Source: Acidobacteriota bacterium
GTDB taxonomy: Bacteria; Acidobacteriota; UBA890; WLXD01
Assembly: GCA_963666055.2 (NCBI GenBank)
Contig: CAXWPH010000005.1
Coordinates: 1-64,000, forward strand
Length of the DNA stretch: 64,000 bases
Reading direction: 5' to 3'
Shown here: positions 10,789 to 21,581 of the stretch, piece after piece
Layout of the letters: each line of letters starts with the position of its first letter
How positions within the stretch are numbered: position 1 is the stretch's first letter
Translations under genes and position numbers: made by a program
Notes under the pieces: model-generated
What the model was told of the DNA's origin: nothing
What the model saw: only the letters and a program-made list of their open reading frames with translations
The model's database searches: none

Positions 10789-13382
10789 AGTTGGGGAGCC
10801 GGCAGTTGTGGGTCCACGCCCTTGCTGCGCTGCTGGTCAGCGGGTTCCCGGCACTGGACCTTTACGGTTCGGTTGCTCCCCAGGAGACGGTTGCCGCGCA
10901 GGAGGGCGTCGTTGTTCCTGGCGGTAAAGAATTCGCCCGCTCGTATCTCGGCATGGTGGAGGGGCGTAGCAAGGACTTTCTTCACGAGCTTGCCGAGTAC
11001 CTCCAGGAACCCGGCATGCGCACGCGTGCCTTGCGTCTGGACAAGGCGATCGACGAGCTCCTTGATTACGAGAAGCTGCAGCAACAGCTCCGTGGCAAGC
11101 ACGGTGCGGAGCCGCCGAGCTTCGCGCACCCGGATGCTTCTGCCTATGCCAAGGCTCGCGACCTGGTTGGTTGGTTCGGTGTTCGGCCCGTCGAACTTGA
11201 CGGCCCTCTGAGCCTGGAGCTGCGTGGCGGCGACTCACAGAAGCTCAGGCGCGAGGTATTTGCTCACCTCGGCTACGACATCCCCGAGCTGATCGCGCTC
11301 TGGGCGAGCGGTGAGCCCATCCACATGCCCGTGCCGAAAGAGACGGCTGCCGTGATGTTCGGTGGCGGCGCCTGGAAGCAGGAGGTCTTCGACAAGCAGT
11401 TCACGCCCACAGAATTGTTCCGCGAGTTCCTGCGCGACAACGAAGCGCGCTGGGTGATGCTCGGCTACGTACGACTCGACCCCGACACTCGCGATCTGTT
11501 GCGGGCGACGATGGGGCTGCGTGAGCCGTATCGGGACCGCCGCTTGAGCAGCGTGTTCGCCGAGCTGGCCCACTACCTCCGAAGTCATGACGGCGCGCTC
11601 GTGCTGCCGGGCGAATCGCGCCTCGCCTGGACGAAGATACTGGGCTCCTGGAACTCGCCCTCGGATCTCGTGCGACGGCTCGTGGATCGCGACGACGGAC
11701 GCGCACTCCACCTGTGGCGGGCGCTTTCCCTGGTGCCACCACGCCGGGCCCGCTTCCTGCTGACACACGGTGCCACCGACCGGGAGAGCATCGAGCGGTG
11801 GGCGAGCGATCTCTACGGCAGCATCCGCATCCCCGGTCGCCAGCAGGCGCTGCGCTGGCGGGGTGACCTGGCCGACCTGTTCCTGCAGCTGCGCCTCCGT
11901 CCCGACGGCGAAGGCATCAGCTGGCTCGGCGGCGGCAAGGCATGGATCGCGGCACTCCGGAGCGACCGCGTGGTGAGTGACCGCGCCGCCCTGGACAAGG
12001 AGCTGCGCGACGAGCGGGTTCGAGAGGCGGCGGATCACGGTGCTGCCGTCGATGCCGAGATCTTGCGACGACTCGTCCAGGGGTTCGAGGGCTCCGAGCT
12101 TCAGCAAGGTACCCACGCGATCGAGCGGTTTGTCGCCATTCAGGCGGCCTTTCGGTACCAGCCTGCGGCCGCCACGCCCAGGACGGTCACCCTGTTGTAT
12201 CGAAACTACGATCGCTTGGCGCAAGCCTACGGGTTTCTTGTCGGCCCCACTCCCATCCATGCCGATAGCGTCGAACGCCTGATCTACTTTCTGGGGCGTG
12301 CGGCAAGCCCGCACGACGATAAGCAACGGGAAGCCGCGGCAAGGCAGGCGCAGGCGACGCTGCTCATCCTCAAACGACTCCTGGATAACGGCCGGGTGCC
12401 CGCGGAGCAACGCCACGAGGTGCTCGGGCAGCTTTTGGATCTGCCGCTCGATCAAGAAGCCGGAGGCTTCGGCCGCGGCCTCGCCGACTGGTGGCGGCAG
12501 ACACTCCTCCCTGCCATCGGCCACCAGGGCAACTTCGCCGACGCCGAGAGCCTCAGCCAGAGTCTGGTCGCAGCCCTGGCGGACCGGGCACCGGCAGCTG
12601 AAGTGACGGTCGACGGCATCCAACTCCGCTTCTCCACCGGCGACATGTGGGTCTCACGCATTCATGACAGCCTCCAGATGCAGCGGTTGGCACCGTTCGG
12701 CCACGTACTCGAGCTCGATGCGATAGCCGCCGAATACGGGGACAAGTCGAGCGCCGAGCTGGGGCAGCTGGGCAACGAGATCGAGGCACGGGTACGTCCC
12801 GTCTGGAACGCGCTGCGGGATTCCGTCGCCACGGCGATCTATGAGGGCGACGGCGATGACGAGGTCCCTCTGCCGCTCAAGCGCCAGGATCTCCCGGACC
12901 AGGTGGGGCGCCTACTGCGCGATGCCGGCAGGAACGAGAACCGTCCCGAGGACTTCGCGGACGTCCGCAAGCACCTCACGAGCTGGTTCACCGACTCCCT
13001 GGTGGCGGTTGCCTACGCGATTCATATCAACGATCCGAGGGGGCTCTACTTTGACGATCGCCAGCCCGCCTGGCTGCATCGACTCGGTCCTCTCCAGGAG
13101 TCGCCTAGAGACACCGGGCCGTGGCTGCACACGCGGGAGGTGCGCGACCAAGCATCAGGTCTGCAGCTGCAGAACAGCTTGCTGGGCGTACCCGGTCACC
13201 TTGGCCACTGGGCGCTGCGCATGCAGACACTGCAAAGCGGGGTCAGCTTCGCGGCGGGGTCGGCGGCGGAGTCATGGAGTGAAGCGGTGTTCGCCGTCCA
13301 TCCCGCCGCGCTGAGTGCTCCGTCGCTGCAGGCTCTGACGGCACGGCTAGATCGCGCCGCCGATGTCGCCATCAAGGTGTGA
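10785..13382 (+). CDS. large secreted hypothetical protein, probably 3'-truncated by fusion to a kinase remnant
   Basis: GTGA overlap with the VWA gene; long ORF ending in the kinase-like DVAIKV*. Confidence 0.7.
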   Translation: MKLGSRQLWVHALAALLVSGFPALDLYGSVAPQETVAAQEGVVVPGGKEFARSYLGMVEGRSKDFLHELAEYLQEPGMRTRALRLDKAIDELLDYEKLQQQLRGKHGAEPPSFAHPDASAYAKARDLVGWFGVRPVELDGPLSLELRGGDSQKLRREVFAHLGYDIPELIALWASGEPIHMPVPKETAAVMFGGGAWKQEVFDKQFTPTELFREFLRDNEARWVMLGYVRLDPDTRDLLRATMGLREPYRDRRLSSVFAELAHYLRSHDGALVLPGESRLAWTKILGSWNSPSDLVRRLVDRDDGRALHLWRALSLVPPRRARFLLTHGATDRESIERWASDLYGSIRIPGRQQALRWRGDLADLFLQLRLRPDGEGISWLGGGKAWIAALRSDRVVSDRAALDKELRDERVREAADHGAAVDAEILRRLVQGFEGSELQQGTHAIERFVAIQAAFRYQPAAATPRTVTLLYRNYDRLAQAYGFLVGPTPIHADSVERLIYFLGRAASPHDDKQREAAARQAQATLLILKRLLDNGRVPAEQRHEVLGQLLDLPLDQEAGGFGRGLADWWRQTLLPAIGHQGNFADAESLSQSLVAALADRAPAAEVTVDGIQLRFSTGDMWVSRIHDSLQMQRLAPFGHVLELDAIAAEYGDKSSAELGQLGNEIEARVRPVWNALRDSVATAIYEGDGDDEVPLPLKRQDLPDQVGRLLRDAGRNENRPEDFADVRKHLTSWFTDSLVAVAYAIHINDPRGLYFDDRQPAWLHRLGPLQESPRDTGPWLHTREVRDQASGLQLQNSLLGVPGHLGHWALRMQTLQSGVSFAAGSAAESWSEAVFAVHPAALSAPSLQALTARLDRAADVAIKV

Positions 13383-13404
13383 CCTCAGGATTTCGACCGA
13401 CCCG
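13362..13404 (+). pseudogene. Ser/Thr kinase subdomain II remnant (DVAIKV*PQDF)
   Basis: 18 nt identical to 61150-61167, with similarity continuing past the stop. Confidence 0.65.
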
Positions 13405-13591
13405 TTGTCGTTAACTTTGACATTCACTGTTCCCGTCGTCATTCTTCGACCTTCAAAACGCGAGGCAGTCTGTCGGGTCGGGGCAGACGCATCCGGTCAC
13501 CACCCGGCGCGACAACCGGTTGCTGGCAAGACCAGACGCGCGCGGCGTCTCTTACGACAACCACGCGCAGTCCCAGGGGAGGAGAAGACAG

Positions 13592-14944
13592 ATGGCCACA
13601 TATGAATTCGACCGCCGGGCTTTTTTTGCCGGCTCGGCAGCCTCAGCGGCGTGGGCGCTTTCCGGTCGGGAGGCAGCGGCCAGCGGTGGCATCAATACCC
13701 AGGCCGTGCAGGAGGCAATAGCCGCCACCCTGGACGGGCACCCTGGTCCACCCTTCTCCAGAGCCGAGTACGCGGACCGGTTGCGTCGCGTTCGAGAGCG
13801 CATGGCGCACGACAACATCGACATGCTGTTGGTCACCATGCCCGAGGGCATGTGTTACCTGCACGGTCTGCAGTTGAACTGGTATCAGCAGAACGATGGC
13901 AGGTCGCGGATGCTGAATCTGACCGCCGTGCATGTCGATCACGACAAGCTGATCCACTTCGACAGCCACGCGGAGATCTTGGCAACCACATCGGTCGCCG
14001 AGGATATCCGCCGACCGGGCGGCGGCGCACAACGCTACGAGTCCGTGGCTAGGGAGCTGAAGGCAGAGGGCTGGCTCGAGGGGACCGTCGGGATCGAGTA
14101 CTGGAGCTATCGTCCCAACCCGGGAAACTGCAAGCGCCTGGAGGCGGTGTACGAGGCCCACGGTTGCACACTGGTCGACGGCTCCGACGTCTTGTCTGAT
14201 GTGCGGGTGCAGAAATCGCCGGCGGAGATCGCCGTGATGGAGGAGGCTGGACATATCTGTGACCTCGGGCTGCAAGCGATCACCGACAACCTACGCCCGG
14301 GCGTCACCGAGTTGCAGCTCTACGGGGCGATGATGCAGGCAATGGCAGATGCCGGTGGCGAGACCGCAGGCCTGTTGCAAGGCGTGAAGGCAGGCGGTTG
14401 CAAGTTTCTCCACGGCATCTCATCGACACGAGTGATCAAGCAGGGCGATCACGTTGTCGCCGATATCTGCGGGGTCAAACACCGTTACCACACCAACACC
14501 TGCCGTGGCTGGTATGTCGGGGATCCGCCGGCAGCGCTGGTGGACATCTACAAGAAGAACGGCCACGCGTCGCAGGTGCTCCTGGATACTGCCAAGGCGG
14601 GCACTCCGGTCGCAGATCTCACCAGGGCTCTACGTCGTTACTACAAGGAAGTCGGGGTGTGGGAGATGAAACAGAAGGGCGTGTTGCCCGGCTGGACCGG
14701 CGGCTACGAGCTCGGCCTCAGCTTTCCACCCAGTTGGGTCGGTTGGCATGGCTTCGCGGTCACCGACACGGACGTTCAGTCCACGTCTAGTCGCAGGCCC
14801 TACACCGCGTTCCAGGAGCGCCAGATCAGCAACTACGAGAGCTTTGCGACCGGCAGCACGGCGCTAATCGACACCTTTGTCTTCGAGGCCAACAGTGCGC
14901 GAGCGCTGACGGACGTTCCGGCGGAGTTGATCGTCGTCGGCTGA
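13592..14944 (+). CDS. Tat-exported M24/creatinase family hydrolase (ectoine hydrolase DoeA-like)
   Basis: RRAFF Tat motif; FSRAEYADRL; KSPAEI; GYELGLSFPPSW. Confidence 0.85.
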   Translation: MATYEFDRRAFFAGSAASAAWALSGREAAASGGINTQAVQEAIAATLDGHPGPPFSRAEYADRLRRVRERMAHDNIDMLLVTMPEGMCYLHGLQLNWYQQNDGRSRMLNLTAVHVDHDKLIHFDSHAEILATTSVAEDIRRPGGGAQRYESVARELKAEGWLEGTVGIEYWSYRPNPGNCKRLEAVYEAHGCTLVDGSDVLSDVRVQKSPAEIAVMEEAGHICDLGLQAITDNLRPGVTELQLYGAMMQAMADAGGETAGLLQGVKAGGCKFLHGISSTRVIKQGDHVVADICGVKHRYHTNTCRGWYVGDPPAALVDIYKKNGHASQVLLDTAKAGTPVADLTRALRRYYKEVGVWEMKQKGVLPGWTGGYELGLSFPPSWVGWHGFAVTDTDVQSTSSRRPYTAFQERQISNYESFATGSTALIDTFVFEANSARALTDVPAELIVVG

Positions 14945-15150
14945 TACAAGCCGTGGATCGTGAGATCCGGGACCATACCCGCCGGGATGTGTATCATCGG
15001 GTCGGTGCGTCGGAGGTCGAGCCGCGGAGCTGGCCTCACCCTTGCCAGTCGTCCGTTCGCGCGTACAATCTGCGCGCGAGCCGCTGTCGCGACCGACGCC
15101 AGCCGGTATCGCTACCAACGCGACTCAACGCGAACGATCGGAGGTGGATC

Positions 15151-16284
15151 ATGCGGGTTCCCGAAGCGCTCCGTTCTTTGCCCATCGTCCTGACGGCCCT
15201 GGCCGTGGGGGCATGCGGGGGCGACGCCCAGCCGGAAGCTGGCACCGACTCGACTCCCTCTGTCGATCCTGCCGAGGTCACCGACCCAGTGCTGGGCGGC
15301 AACCTACCGAACCCAACTTCGGAGGTGATCAAGGGCTGGGGACCCCTGCCCGATGGGCGGTCGTGGGGGTCTACCGCGGGGGTGGATATCGATCCTATCG
15401 ACGGGCACGTCTGGGCCTACGATCGGTGCGGCGCGTACGCGCTGGCCGGAGGCTGCGACGTCTCCGACGTCGACCCCATCCTCAAGTTCGATCGCCATAC
15501 GGGTGAGGTCCTGGCCAGCTTCGGTGCGGGACTGTTCGTGCTACCTCACGGGATTCACGTGGATCGGGAGGGCAACGTCTGGGTTACGGATTCGATGGGG
15601 AACGAGGCCGGGACCAAGGGACATCAGGTGATCAAGTTCAGCCCCGAGGGCGAGGTCCTCCTGACCCTGGGTCGGCCGGGCGTCAAGGGCAGCGAGCCCG
15701 GCCTGCTGAGCGAGCCATGCGACGTGATCACCGCCCCGAACGGAGACATTTTCGTTTCGGATGGGCACAGCGGCCAGAACGCCAACCCTCCCGAGGGGAC
15801 GACGGGCCGCATCATCAAGTTCAACGAGGACGGCGAGTACATCACCGAGTGGGGACGCATGGGCTCGGGTGCGGGTGAGTTCCGTACCCCCCACGCCCTT
15901 GCCTTCGATTCGCAAGGCCGGCTCTTCGTCGCGGACCGCGGCAACCACCGCATCCAGATCTACGATCAGGACGGCAACTACATCGATTCGTACGATCAGT
16001 TCGGTCGCGTCAGCGGCCTGTTCATCGACGACGACGACACCCTGTACGCCATCGACTCCGAGTCCAGCCCGAACAGCCACGCTGACTGGTCCACCGGTAT
16101 CCGGATCGGGCACGCCTCTCGTGACGAGGTGACGGCGTTCGTGCCTCCCCACGAGTCCGAGGACCCACAGGGCGAGGCTGGCGAGGGCGTGGCCCTGGAC
16201 GCGGACGGCAACATCTACGCAGCTGAAGGGCCCAACTCGCGTGACGCGGCCGAGGGGGGCCTGACGAAGTACATCCGACGCTAA
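15151..16284 (+). CDS. NHL-repeat lipoprotein (peptidyl-alpha-hydroxyglycine amidating lyase-like)
   Basis: lipobox VGAC; PHGIHVDREGNVWVTD; FVADRGNHRIQ. Confidence 0.9.
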   Translation: MRVPEALRSLPIVLTALAVGACGGDAQPEAGTDSTPSVDPAEVTDPVLGGNLPNPTSEVIKGWGPLPDGRSWGSTAGVDIDPIDGHVWAYDRCGAYALAGGCDVSDVDPILKFDRHTGEVLASFGAGLFVLPHGIHVDREGNVWVTDSMGNEAGTKGHQVIKFSPEGEVLLTLGRPGVKGSEPGLLSEPCDVITAPNGDIFVSDGHSGQNANPPEGTTGRIIKFNEDGEYITEWGRMGSGAGEFRTPHALAFDSQGRLFVADRGNHRIQIYDQDGNYIDSYDQFGRVSGLFIDDDDTLYAIDSESSPNSHADWSTGIRIGHASRDEVTAFVPPHESEDPQGEAGEGVALDADGNIYAAEGPNSRDAAEGGLTKYIRR

Positions 16285-16391
16285 TGGCCACGGGCCGACC
16301 TGTCGTTACAGAGATCCGTTACAGCGCAAGGGGGCGATAGCCTCTCCCGTGGATACCGGCGTGCCCCGCATGCCACCCCGGATCATGTTCG

Positions 16392-17807
16392 TCACGATCG
16401 ATGCACGATGACCATCTTGAGCTCGGTCATCTCCTGCACCGCGTAGCGTGGCCCTTCCTTGCCCAACCCGCTGTCCTTGAGGCCGCCGTACGGCATGTGG
16501 TCGGCGCGGAACTGGGTGCCGCCGTTGATATTGAGGTTGCCCGCGTCGACCTCGAGGGCGAATCGAAGGGCGTTGTCGAGGTTCTCGGTGAAGATCGCCG
16601 CCGACAGCCCGAAGCGGGTGTCGTTGGCCAGCGCGATCGCCTCGTCGATATTGGCTGCGGGAGTGACGCCCACCGCGGGGCCGAACAACTCCTCGCGTGA
16701 GAAGCGCATGTCTGGAGTCACGTCGGCCAGAATCGACGGCTGCACGACAGCGCCATCCCGGCTGCCGCCGGCGACGAGTCGGGCACCAGCGTCCACCGCC
16801 TCGCCGATCCAACTTTCGACCCGTACCGCATCCGACTCGCGCACCATGGGCCCGACGTTGACAGATTCTTGCGACGGGTCGCCGGTTGTCAGCGCCTCTA
16901 CTTTGGGTACCAAGGCGTCGAGATAGTCGCCGTAGATCGACTGGTCGACGATCACACGCTGGGTCGAGATGCACACCTGGCCGGCGTTGGAGTAGCCGCT
17001 CGTCACGGTGGCCGCCACCACCTTGTCGAGGTCGGCATCTGGCAGCGCGATGAGCGGTGAGTTGGAGCCCAGCTCCATGGTCACCTTCTTCAAGCCCGCC
17101 GTGCAGATTATGTGCTCGCCTACCTCCTGGCTACCGGTGAAGGTCACCTTGCGCACCGCCGGGTGCGACACTAGCGCGTCGCCGATAGTGCCGCCGGAGC
17201 CGGTGAGGCACTGGATCGTCTCGGGCGGCAGACCTGCCTCGAGCAGCACCTCGGTCAGCTTCAGGGCCGACAGCGGCGTGTCGCTGGCCGGCTTCATCAC
17301 CACGGCGTTGCCGGCCGCCAGCGCCGGGCCGACCTTGTGGGCCACCAGGTTGAGCGGGAAGTTGAACGGTGAGATCGCCACCACCACGCCCACCGGCACC
17401 CGGATCGTGAAGCCGAACTTCATCTCGTTGCCGGGGGCCGCGTCGAGCGGAATGGTCTCGCCACCGAGGCGCTTGGCCTCCTCGGCAGACAATGTCAGGG
17501 TCTGGACGCAGCGATCGGTTTCGAGCAGTCCCTCGGGGAGGATCTTGCCCTCCTCGCGGGTGATGGTGCCGCCGAAGTCCTGGCGCCGTGCTCGCACCAG
17601 CTCCGCAGCCCGCATCAGAATCTCATAGCGCGCATAGGCGCTCAGCGCGCGCATGGCGCGCGCGCCGCGTTCGGCGCTTTCCATCGCCTTGTGGACGTCG
17701 CCGAGCGTGGCCGCGGGAACTGTGTCGAACGCCTCGCCGCTGTACGGGTTGACGACATCCATCGAGGCGTCGCCGCTGATCCATTCGCCGCTGACGTACA
17801 TCTTCAT
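16392..17807 (-). CDS. aldehyde dehydrogenase
   Basis: SPFNFP, FTGS, MELGSN, NAGQVC, EELFGP, PYGGLKDSG. Confidence 0.95.
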   Translation of the reverse strand: MKMYVSGEWISGDASMDVVNPYSGEAFDTVPAATLGDVHKAMESAERGARAMRALSAYARYEILMRAAELVRARRQDFGGTITREEGKILPEGLLETDRCVQTLTLSAEEAKRLGGETIPLDAAPGNEMKFGFTIRVPVGVVVAISPFNFPLNLVAHKVGPALAAGNAVVMKPASDTPLSALKLTEVLLEAGLPPETIQCLTGSGGTIGDALVSHPAVRKVTFTGSQEVGEHIICTAGLKKVTMELGSNSPLIALPDADLDKVVAATVTSGYSNAGQVCISTQRVIVDQSIYGDYLDALVPKVEALTTGDPSQESVNVGPMVRESDAVRVESWIGEAVDAGARLVAGGSRDGAVVQPSILADVTPDMRFSREELFGPAVGVTPAANIDEAIALANDTRFGLSAAIFTENLDNALRFALEVDAGNLNINGGTQFRADHMPYGGLKDSGLGKEGPRYAVQEMTELKMVIVHRS

Positions 17808-19330
17808 GATCGGTCCTCTCGCTCGCTCGGTTTGGTCGCAGATCGCGGCGGAAGCATACGATGCGACCCGCCTCGGCAAAGCCCACGGCTCGCTGCAACG
17901 GACGTGCTCAGTGTCGTCTGACCGCACCGCCCTGGGCGCGCCTCGGGAACCAGCTCGCCGCCGTCGACGACGAGCGTCCCGTTCACCATGACGTAGGTGA
18001 CACCATTGGATGGGATGGTGGGGTCGGTGTAGGTCGCACGATCGATCACCGTGGCGGCATCGAAGACGGTGATGTCGGCATCGGCGCCGGCCCGCAAGCG
18101 TCCCTTGTCGGCCATCGCCGGCACGTAGCTCTCCAGCCGCTGGGCGGGCTCGATGGTCATCTTGCGCAGCGCCTCCATCAGCGTAAGCGCCTCCTCCTCG
18201 CGAACGTACTTGCCGAGAACGCGGGAGTAGGTTCCGGAGGTACGAGGGTGCCCCATTCCGGCGACGATGTAGCCGTCGCTGGCGATCATGGTGAGAGGGC
18301 TTCGGATGGCGATACGGGTCATCTCCGGCGTGCGGCTGTGGATGATGACCTCGCCGCCCTCTTGTCTGAAGCGCTCGAAGCTGTCGCGCGCCAGACGCTC
18401 ACCGGTCCGCACCCACTGATAGGTTGCGAACTCGTCGTCATCCCACGATTCCCAGTCGTCGAAGAGGGCGGACTCGATCTCGGTCATGCCCGCCTCGTAG
18501 GGATACATCTCGGTGGTGACGTCCTGTCCGGTGGCGCGGGCCTCCTCGATCATGACGAGGAACTCGGCGATGGAGGCGCCACCGCTGGAGTTGGCATGCA
18601 CCACGTGGAGCGCGGCTCCGGTTCGAGAAGCGGCCTCGATCGCCGCTCGCAGACCGTTGAGTCCGGCACCTACATGGATATGTGAGGAGGCACCGCGCGC
18701 GGCAGCGACCCGGAGCATGACTTCGAACTCGGCCACGCTGGCCGCTGGCGTATACGCCATACCGAAGCCGACTGCGGCCGCTCCCTCCACCAAGCCCTGC
18801 TCGATGCGGCTTGCCATCTCGGCGATCTGCTCGTCGGTCGCCGACTCCTGGCCTCCCGGTCCGCTGGGCAGGAAATTCCCTTCGTCGCCCATCACCGCCA
18901 TGCGCACCCGGATGTGCCCGATGCTCACGCCGTAGTTGACGATCTGAGCTCCCTCACGTTCGGCGTACCAGCCGGGAACATCCTCGGTTCCCACCTCGAG
19001 CTCCAGCGCGGTGGTGACACCGTCGCGCACCATCAGACGAAAGGCCTCGTCGGACTGCCCGTGGACGTGCAGGTCGATGAACCCGGGGGAGACGACGAGC
19101 CCGGAGACATCGATGAACCGCTCTGCGTCGAGTCCGCCTTCGCTGATTGCCTCGATACGGTCGCCTCGAATGCCGACGTTCCGTACCGCGTCCAGGCCCG
19201 ACTCCGGGTCCATTACTCGACCACCCAGCAACACAAGGTCGTAGCGCTCGGCGGGGGCGTCGGAGGGGGCGCAGCCGAACAGAGCGAGCGCCAGCAGCCC
19301 CGCCATCCGACCGGCCGCCGACCCAGTCAT
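17804..19330 (-). CDS. amidohydrolase, N-acyl-D-amino-acid deacylase-like lipoprotein
   Basis: lipobox LFGC; PGFIDLHVH; IASDG; HPRTSGTYSRVLG. Confidence 0.9.
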   Translation of the reverse strand: MTGSAAGRMAGLLALALFGCAPSDAPAERYDLVLLGGRVMDPESGLDAVRNVGIRGDRIEAISEGGLDAERFIDVSGLVVSPGFIDLHVHGQSDEAFRLMVRDGVTTALELEVGTEDVPGWYAEREGAQIVNYGVSIGHIRVRMAVMGDEGNFLPSGPGGQESATDEQIAEMASRIEQGLVEGAAAVGFGMAYTPAASVAEFEVMLRVAAARGASSHIHVGAGLNGLRAAIEAASRTGAALHVVHANSSGGASIAEFLVMIEEARATGQDVTTEMYPYEAGMTEIESALFDDWESWDDDEFATYQWVRTGERLARDSFERFRQEGGEVIIHSRTPEMTRIAIRSPLTMIASDGYIVAGMGHPRTSGTYSRVLGKYVREEEALTLMEALRKMTIEPAQRLESYVPAMADKGRLRAGADADITVFDAATVIDRATYTDPTIPSNGVTYVMVNGTLVVDGGELVPEARPGRCGQTTLSTSVAASRGLCRGGSHRMLPPRSATKPSEREDRS

Positions 19331-19341
19331 CGCCGTCCTCC

Positions 19342-19587
19342 TCAGCCGCCAATAGGCGTGCAGAGCTCAAGCAGAACGCCGGAGGGGCAGCGAACGTAGG
19401 AGACGACCTGCCCCCACGGCTTTTGCTGGGGTGGCTTAAAGGCCAACACGGTAGAGCCGGTGTCCAACTCGCCATAATCGCCGGACTCATGGAGAAAACG
19501 GCGAGTCAGGCCGAAGGCGCCCTCGTAGAACCGCAGGGCCGCTTCCACGTCGTCAACGTAGGCGATGGCGTATCCGAACTTGACCAT
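19342..19587 (-). pseudogene. VOC/glyoxalase protein with an apparent in-frame internal deletion
   Basis: N-terminal and C-terminal VOC motifs (YVDDVEAALRFYE; KPWGQVVSYVRCPSG) joined in only 81 aa. Confidence 0.6.
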
Positions 19588-19589
19588 GT

Positions 19590-21581
19590 TCAGTCGTCTA
19601 GGTCGAATGCCAGCAACACGTTGCCCGGCGCGCCGCCGAGGATCGCGTACCCGGAGCCCACGTACAGCATGCCGTCGACGATCGACGGGCCGGCGCCGCC
19701 AAAGCCACCCCCGAAGCCCTCGATCCCGTTTATGGTCTCGTAGTCATGCAGCGTCTTGAACTCCCAGAGGATGCTGCCGTCTTCGGACGAGAACGAGCGC
19801 ATGATGCCGTCGCGCGAGCCCGTGAAGACGGCGCCCTCGATAGCGCTCGCCGCGGCCCAGTTACCCGAGTGGCACGTTTGGGTCGACTCCGGATCCTCAC
19901 AGTCGGTGCGCTGCGGAATCGGCGTGTGCCAGACGCGGGAGCCGTCTTCGACGCGAAGCGCGGCGATGCTGCCGCTGCCGTCCGCGAAGGGCAGCGGCTT
20001 GAAGTAGTACTCGCCGTTGAAGGCTCCACCGAACCCGGCGTTCGAAGCGGCCATCGTGTCGCCCGCCTGTGCAACCCACAAGATGGCGCCGTCGTTGTCG
20101 GGATCGAGTGCGGTGACCCGACCGCTCTCCTGCCCCTGGATCAGGATCCGCCGGCCGTCGGCGAGCGTGTGCAGCACGGGTGACCCTGACGGATCGTCGT
20201 CGGGACCGTTGACAAAGCCAGGGCAATTGACGCGTATCTCTTCTGCCGTCATCCCGCAGCCACCACCGTGCCGGTCGTAGACGACCCGCAGCAGCTGTGT
20301 CCACCAAAGCCGCTCGCCGGTGTCCATATCGAAAGCGAAGACGGCGTTGCAGGCGCCGTCGTCGTAGCGGTACTCGTCCTCGAAGAACTCGGTGATGTAA
20401 CAGTTGCCCGCCGTCGCATAGAGCTTGCGGTTTTCGAGATCGAGGGTCGGGGCGTTCCACACCGCCGCGCCGGCCGGTCCCCAGAGCTGCGTGCCGGCGG
20501 CGTTCGTGCCAAGCGGCTTCGCAGGTTCGGGGAACGTGTAGGTCGCCCAGATTTTCTCGCCCGTGTTTACGTCAACGGCGACGACGCTGCCCTGGAACTT
20601 GCAGCATCCGTACTCGAGCGCCATGCCGGGCATCTCCTCCCAGGAGGCCACTCCGACATACAGATGGCCGCCAGGCGACGGATCGAGTGTCGGCGGACCG
20701 GTCATCTTCGAGGCGGGATGGTCGTCGGGCCGCATCGTCCACAGCTTCTCGCCGGTCTCGGCGTCGACCGCGCTGACGTAGCCCATGTAATCGCCGAACA
20801 TTGCCGCGTAGCGCACGCCCGGGACTTCGGTCACCTCGCCGATGCTGATCGCGGTGCGCACCTGACCCGGTGCCTCGAACGACCAGTGCACACAGCCCGT
20901 CTTGGCATCGAGCGCATAGACGAAATTGTTGTCGCTACCGATGAACAGTGCTCCGCCCACGATGGTCGGCTGCGCCCATGCAGCCGACGCGGCGCCGGGG
21001 AACGCGAACGCCCATTTGAGCTTCAGGTTCGAGGCCTGGGCGCCGGTGAAGCCGGCGGCCGCCTGCGGCTGGAACCGGTACGACCGCGTCGGGTCCGGAG
21101 TCCAACCGTTCCACGCCGGCTTCGAAAAGGGGTCGTCGAGACGCAGCGGGCTGGCACATGGGTTACTCATGGCGTCCGCCGTCCGATCGGCGATGTCGCC
21201 GAATGGCTTGCCGCTCGCCAGCTCCGCCATCGCGCGTAGCTGCTCCTCGTTGAATTCCGGCACGAACTCTGCCATCGGCCCGCTGGTGAGCGCCTGCAGG
21301 ATGCGCTCCGGATCCATGCGTCGCAGCGCCTCACGGCTCGGGGCGCGCATGTCGGGGTCGTTGCTTTCGTGACAGTTGATACAGAACCACTCGAAATACG
21401 GGACCATGCCGGCCATGGATGCGTCGCCTGGCCGTCGGAATTCCTCCTGCGGCTGAGGTGCGGCGGTCGAACGGACGGCTGGCTGCGCGTCGGCGGCTGA
21501 GGGGACCGTGTACAGCGCCAGTGCGGTGGCAAAGGCGAACGCAACGACGGCGCTCAATGACATCAAGGTTCGACTGAACAT
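19590..21581 (-). CDS. quinohaemoprotein PQQ dehydrogenase (PVA dehydrogenase-like), copy 1
   Basis: CINCH haem motif, LKLKWAF, vicinal CC (YGCCKFQGS), PQQ propeller repeats. Confidence 0.9.
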   Translation of the reverse strand: MFSRTLMSLSAVVAFAFATALALYTVPSAADAQPAVRSTAAPQPQEEFRRPGDASMAGMVPYFEWFCINCHESNDPDMRAPSREALRRMDPERILQALTSGPMAEFVPEFNEEQLRAMAELASGKPFGDIADRTADAMSNPCASPLRLDDPFSKPAWNGWTPDPTRSYRFQPQAAAGFTGAQASNLKLKWAFAFPGAASAAWAQPTIVGGALFIGSDNNFVYALDAKTGCVHWSFEAPGQVRTAISIGEVTEVPGVRYAAMFGDYMGYVSAVDAETGEKLWTMRPDDHPASKMTGPPTLDPSPGGHLYVGVASWEEMPGMALEYGCCKFQGSVVAVDVNTGEKIWATYTFPEPAKPLGTNAAGTQLWGPAGAAVWNAPTLDLENRKLYATAGNCYITEFFEDEYRYDDGACNAVFAFDMDTGERLWWTQLLRVVYDRHGGGCGMTAEEIRVNCPGFVNGPDDDPSGSPVLHTLADGRRILIQGQESGRVTALDPDNDGAILWVAQAGDTMAASNAGFGGAFNGEYYFKPLPFADGSGSIAALRVEDGSRVWHTPIPQRTDCEDPESTQTCHSGNWAAASAIEGAVFTGSRDGIMRSFSSEDGSILWEFKTLHDYETINGIEGFGGGFGGAGPSIVDGMLYVGSGYAILGGAPGNVLLAFDLDD

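Noticed and set aside
13380-13382. UGA as possible selenocysteine
   Set aside because: It aligns with a kinase Leu codon, not a Cys, and the downstream sequence is decayed.
17804-17930. Odd ~40-aa tail of the amidohydrolase as a frameshift
   Set aside because: The stop overlaps the ALDH start (ATGA), so the tail may be real; undecidable from this sequence.
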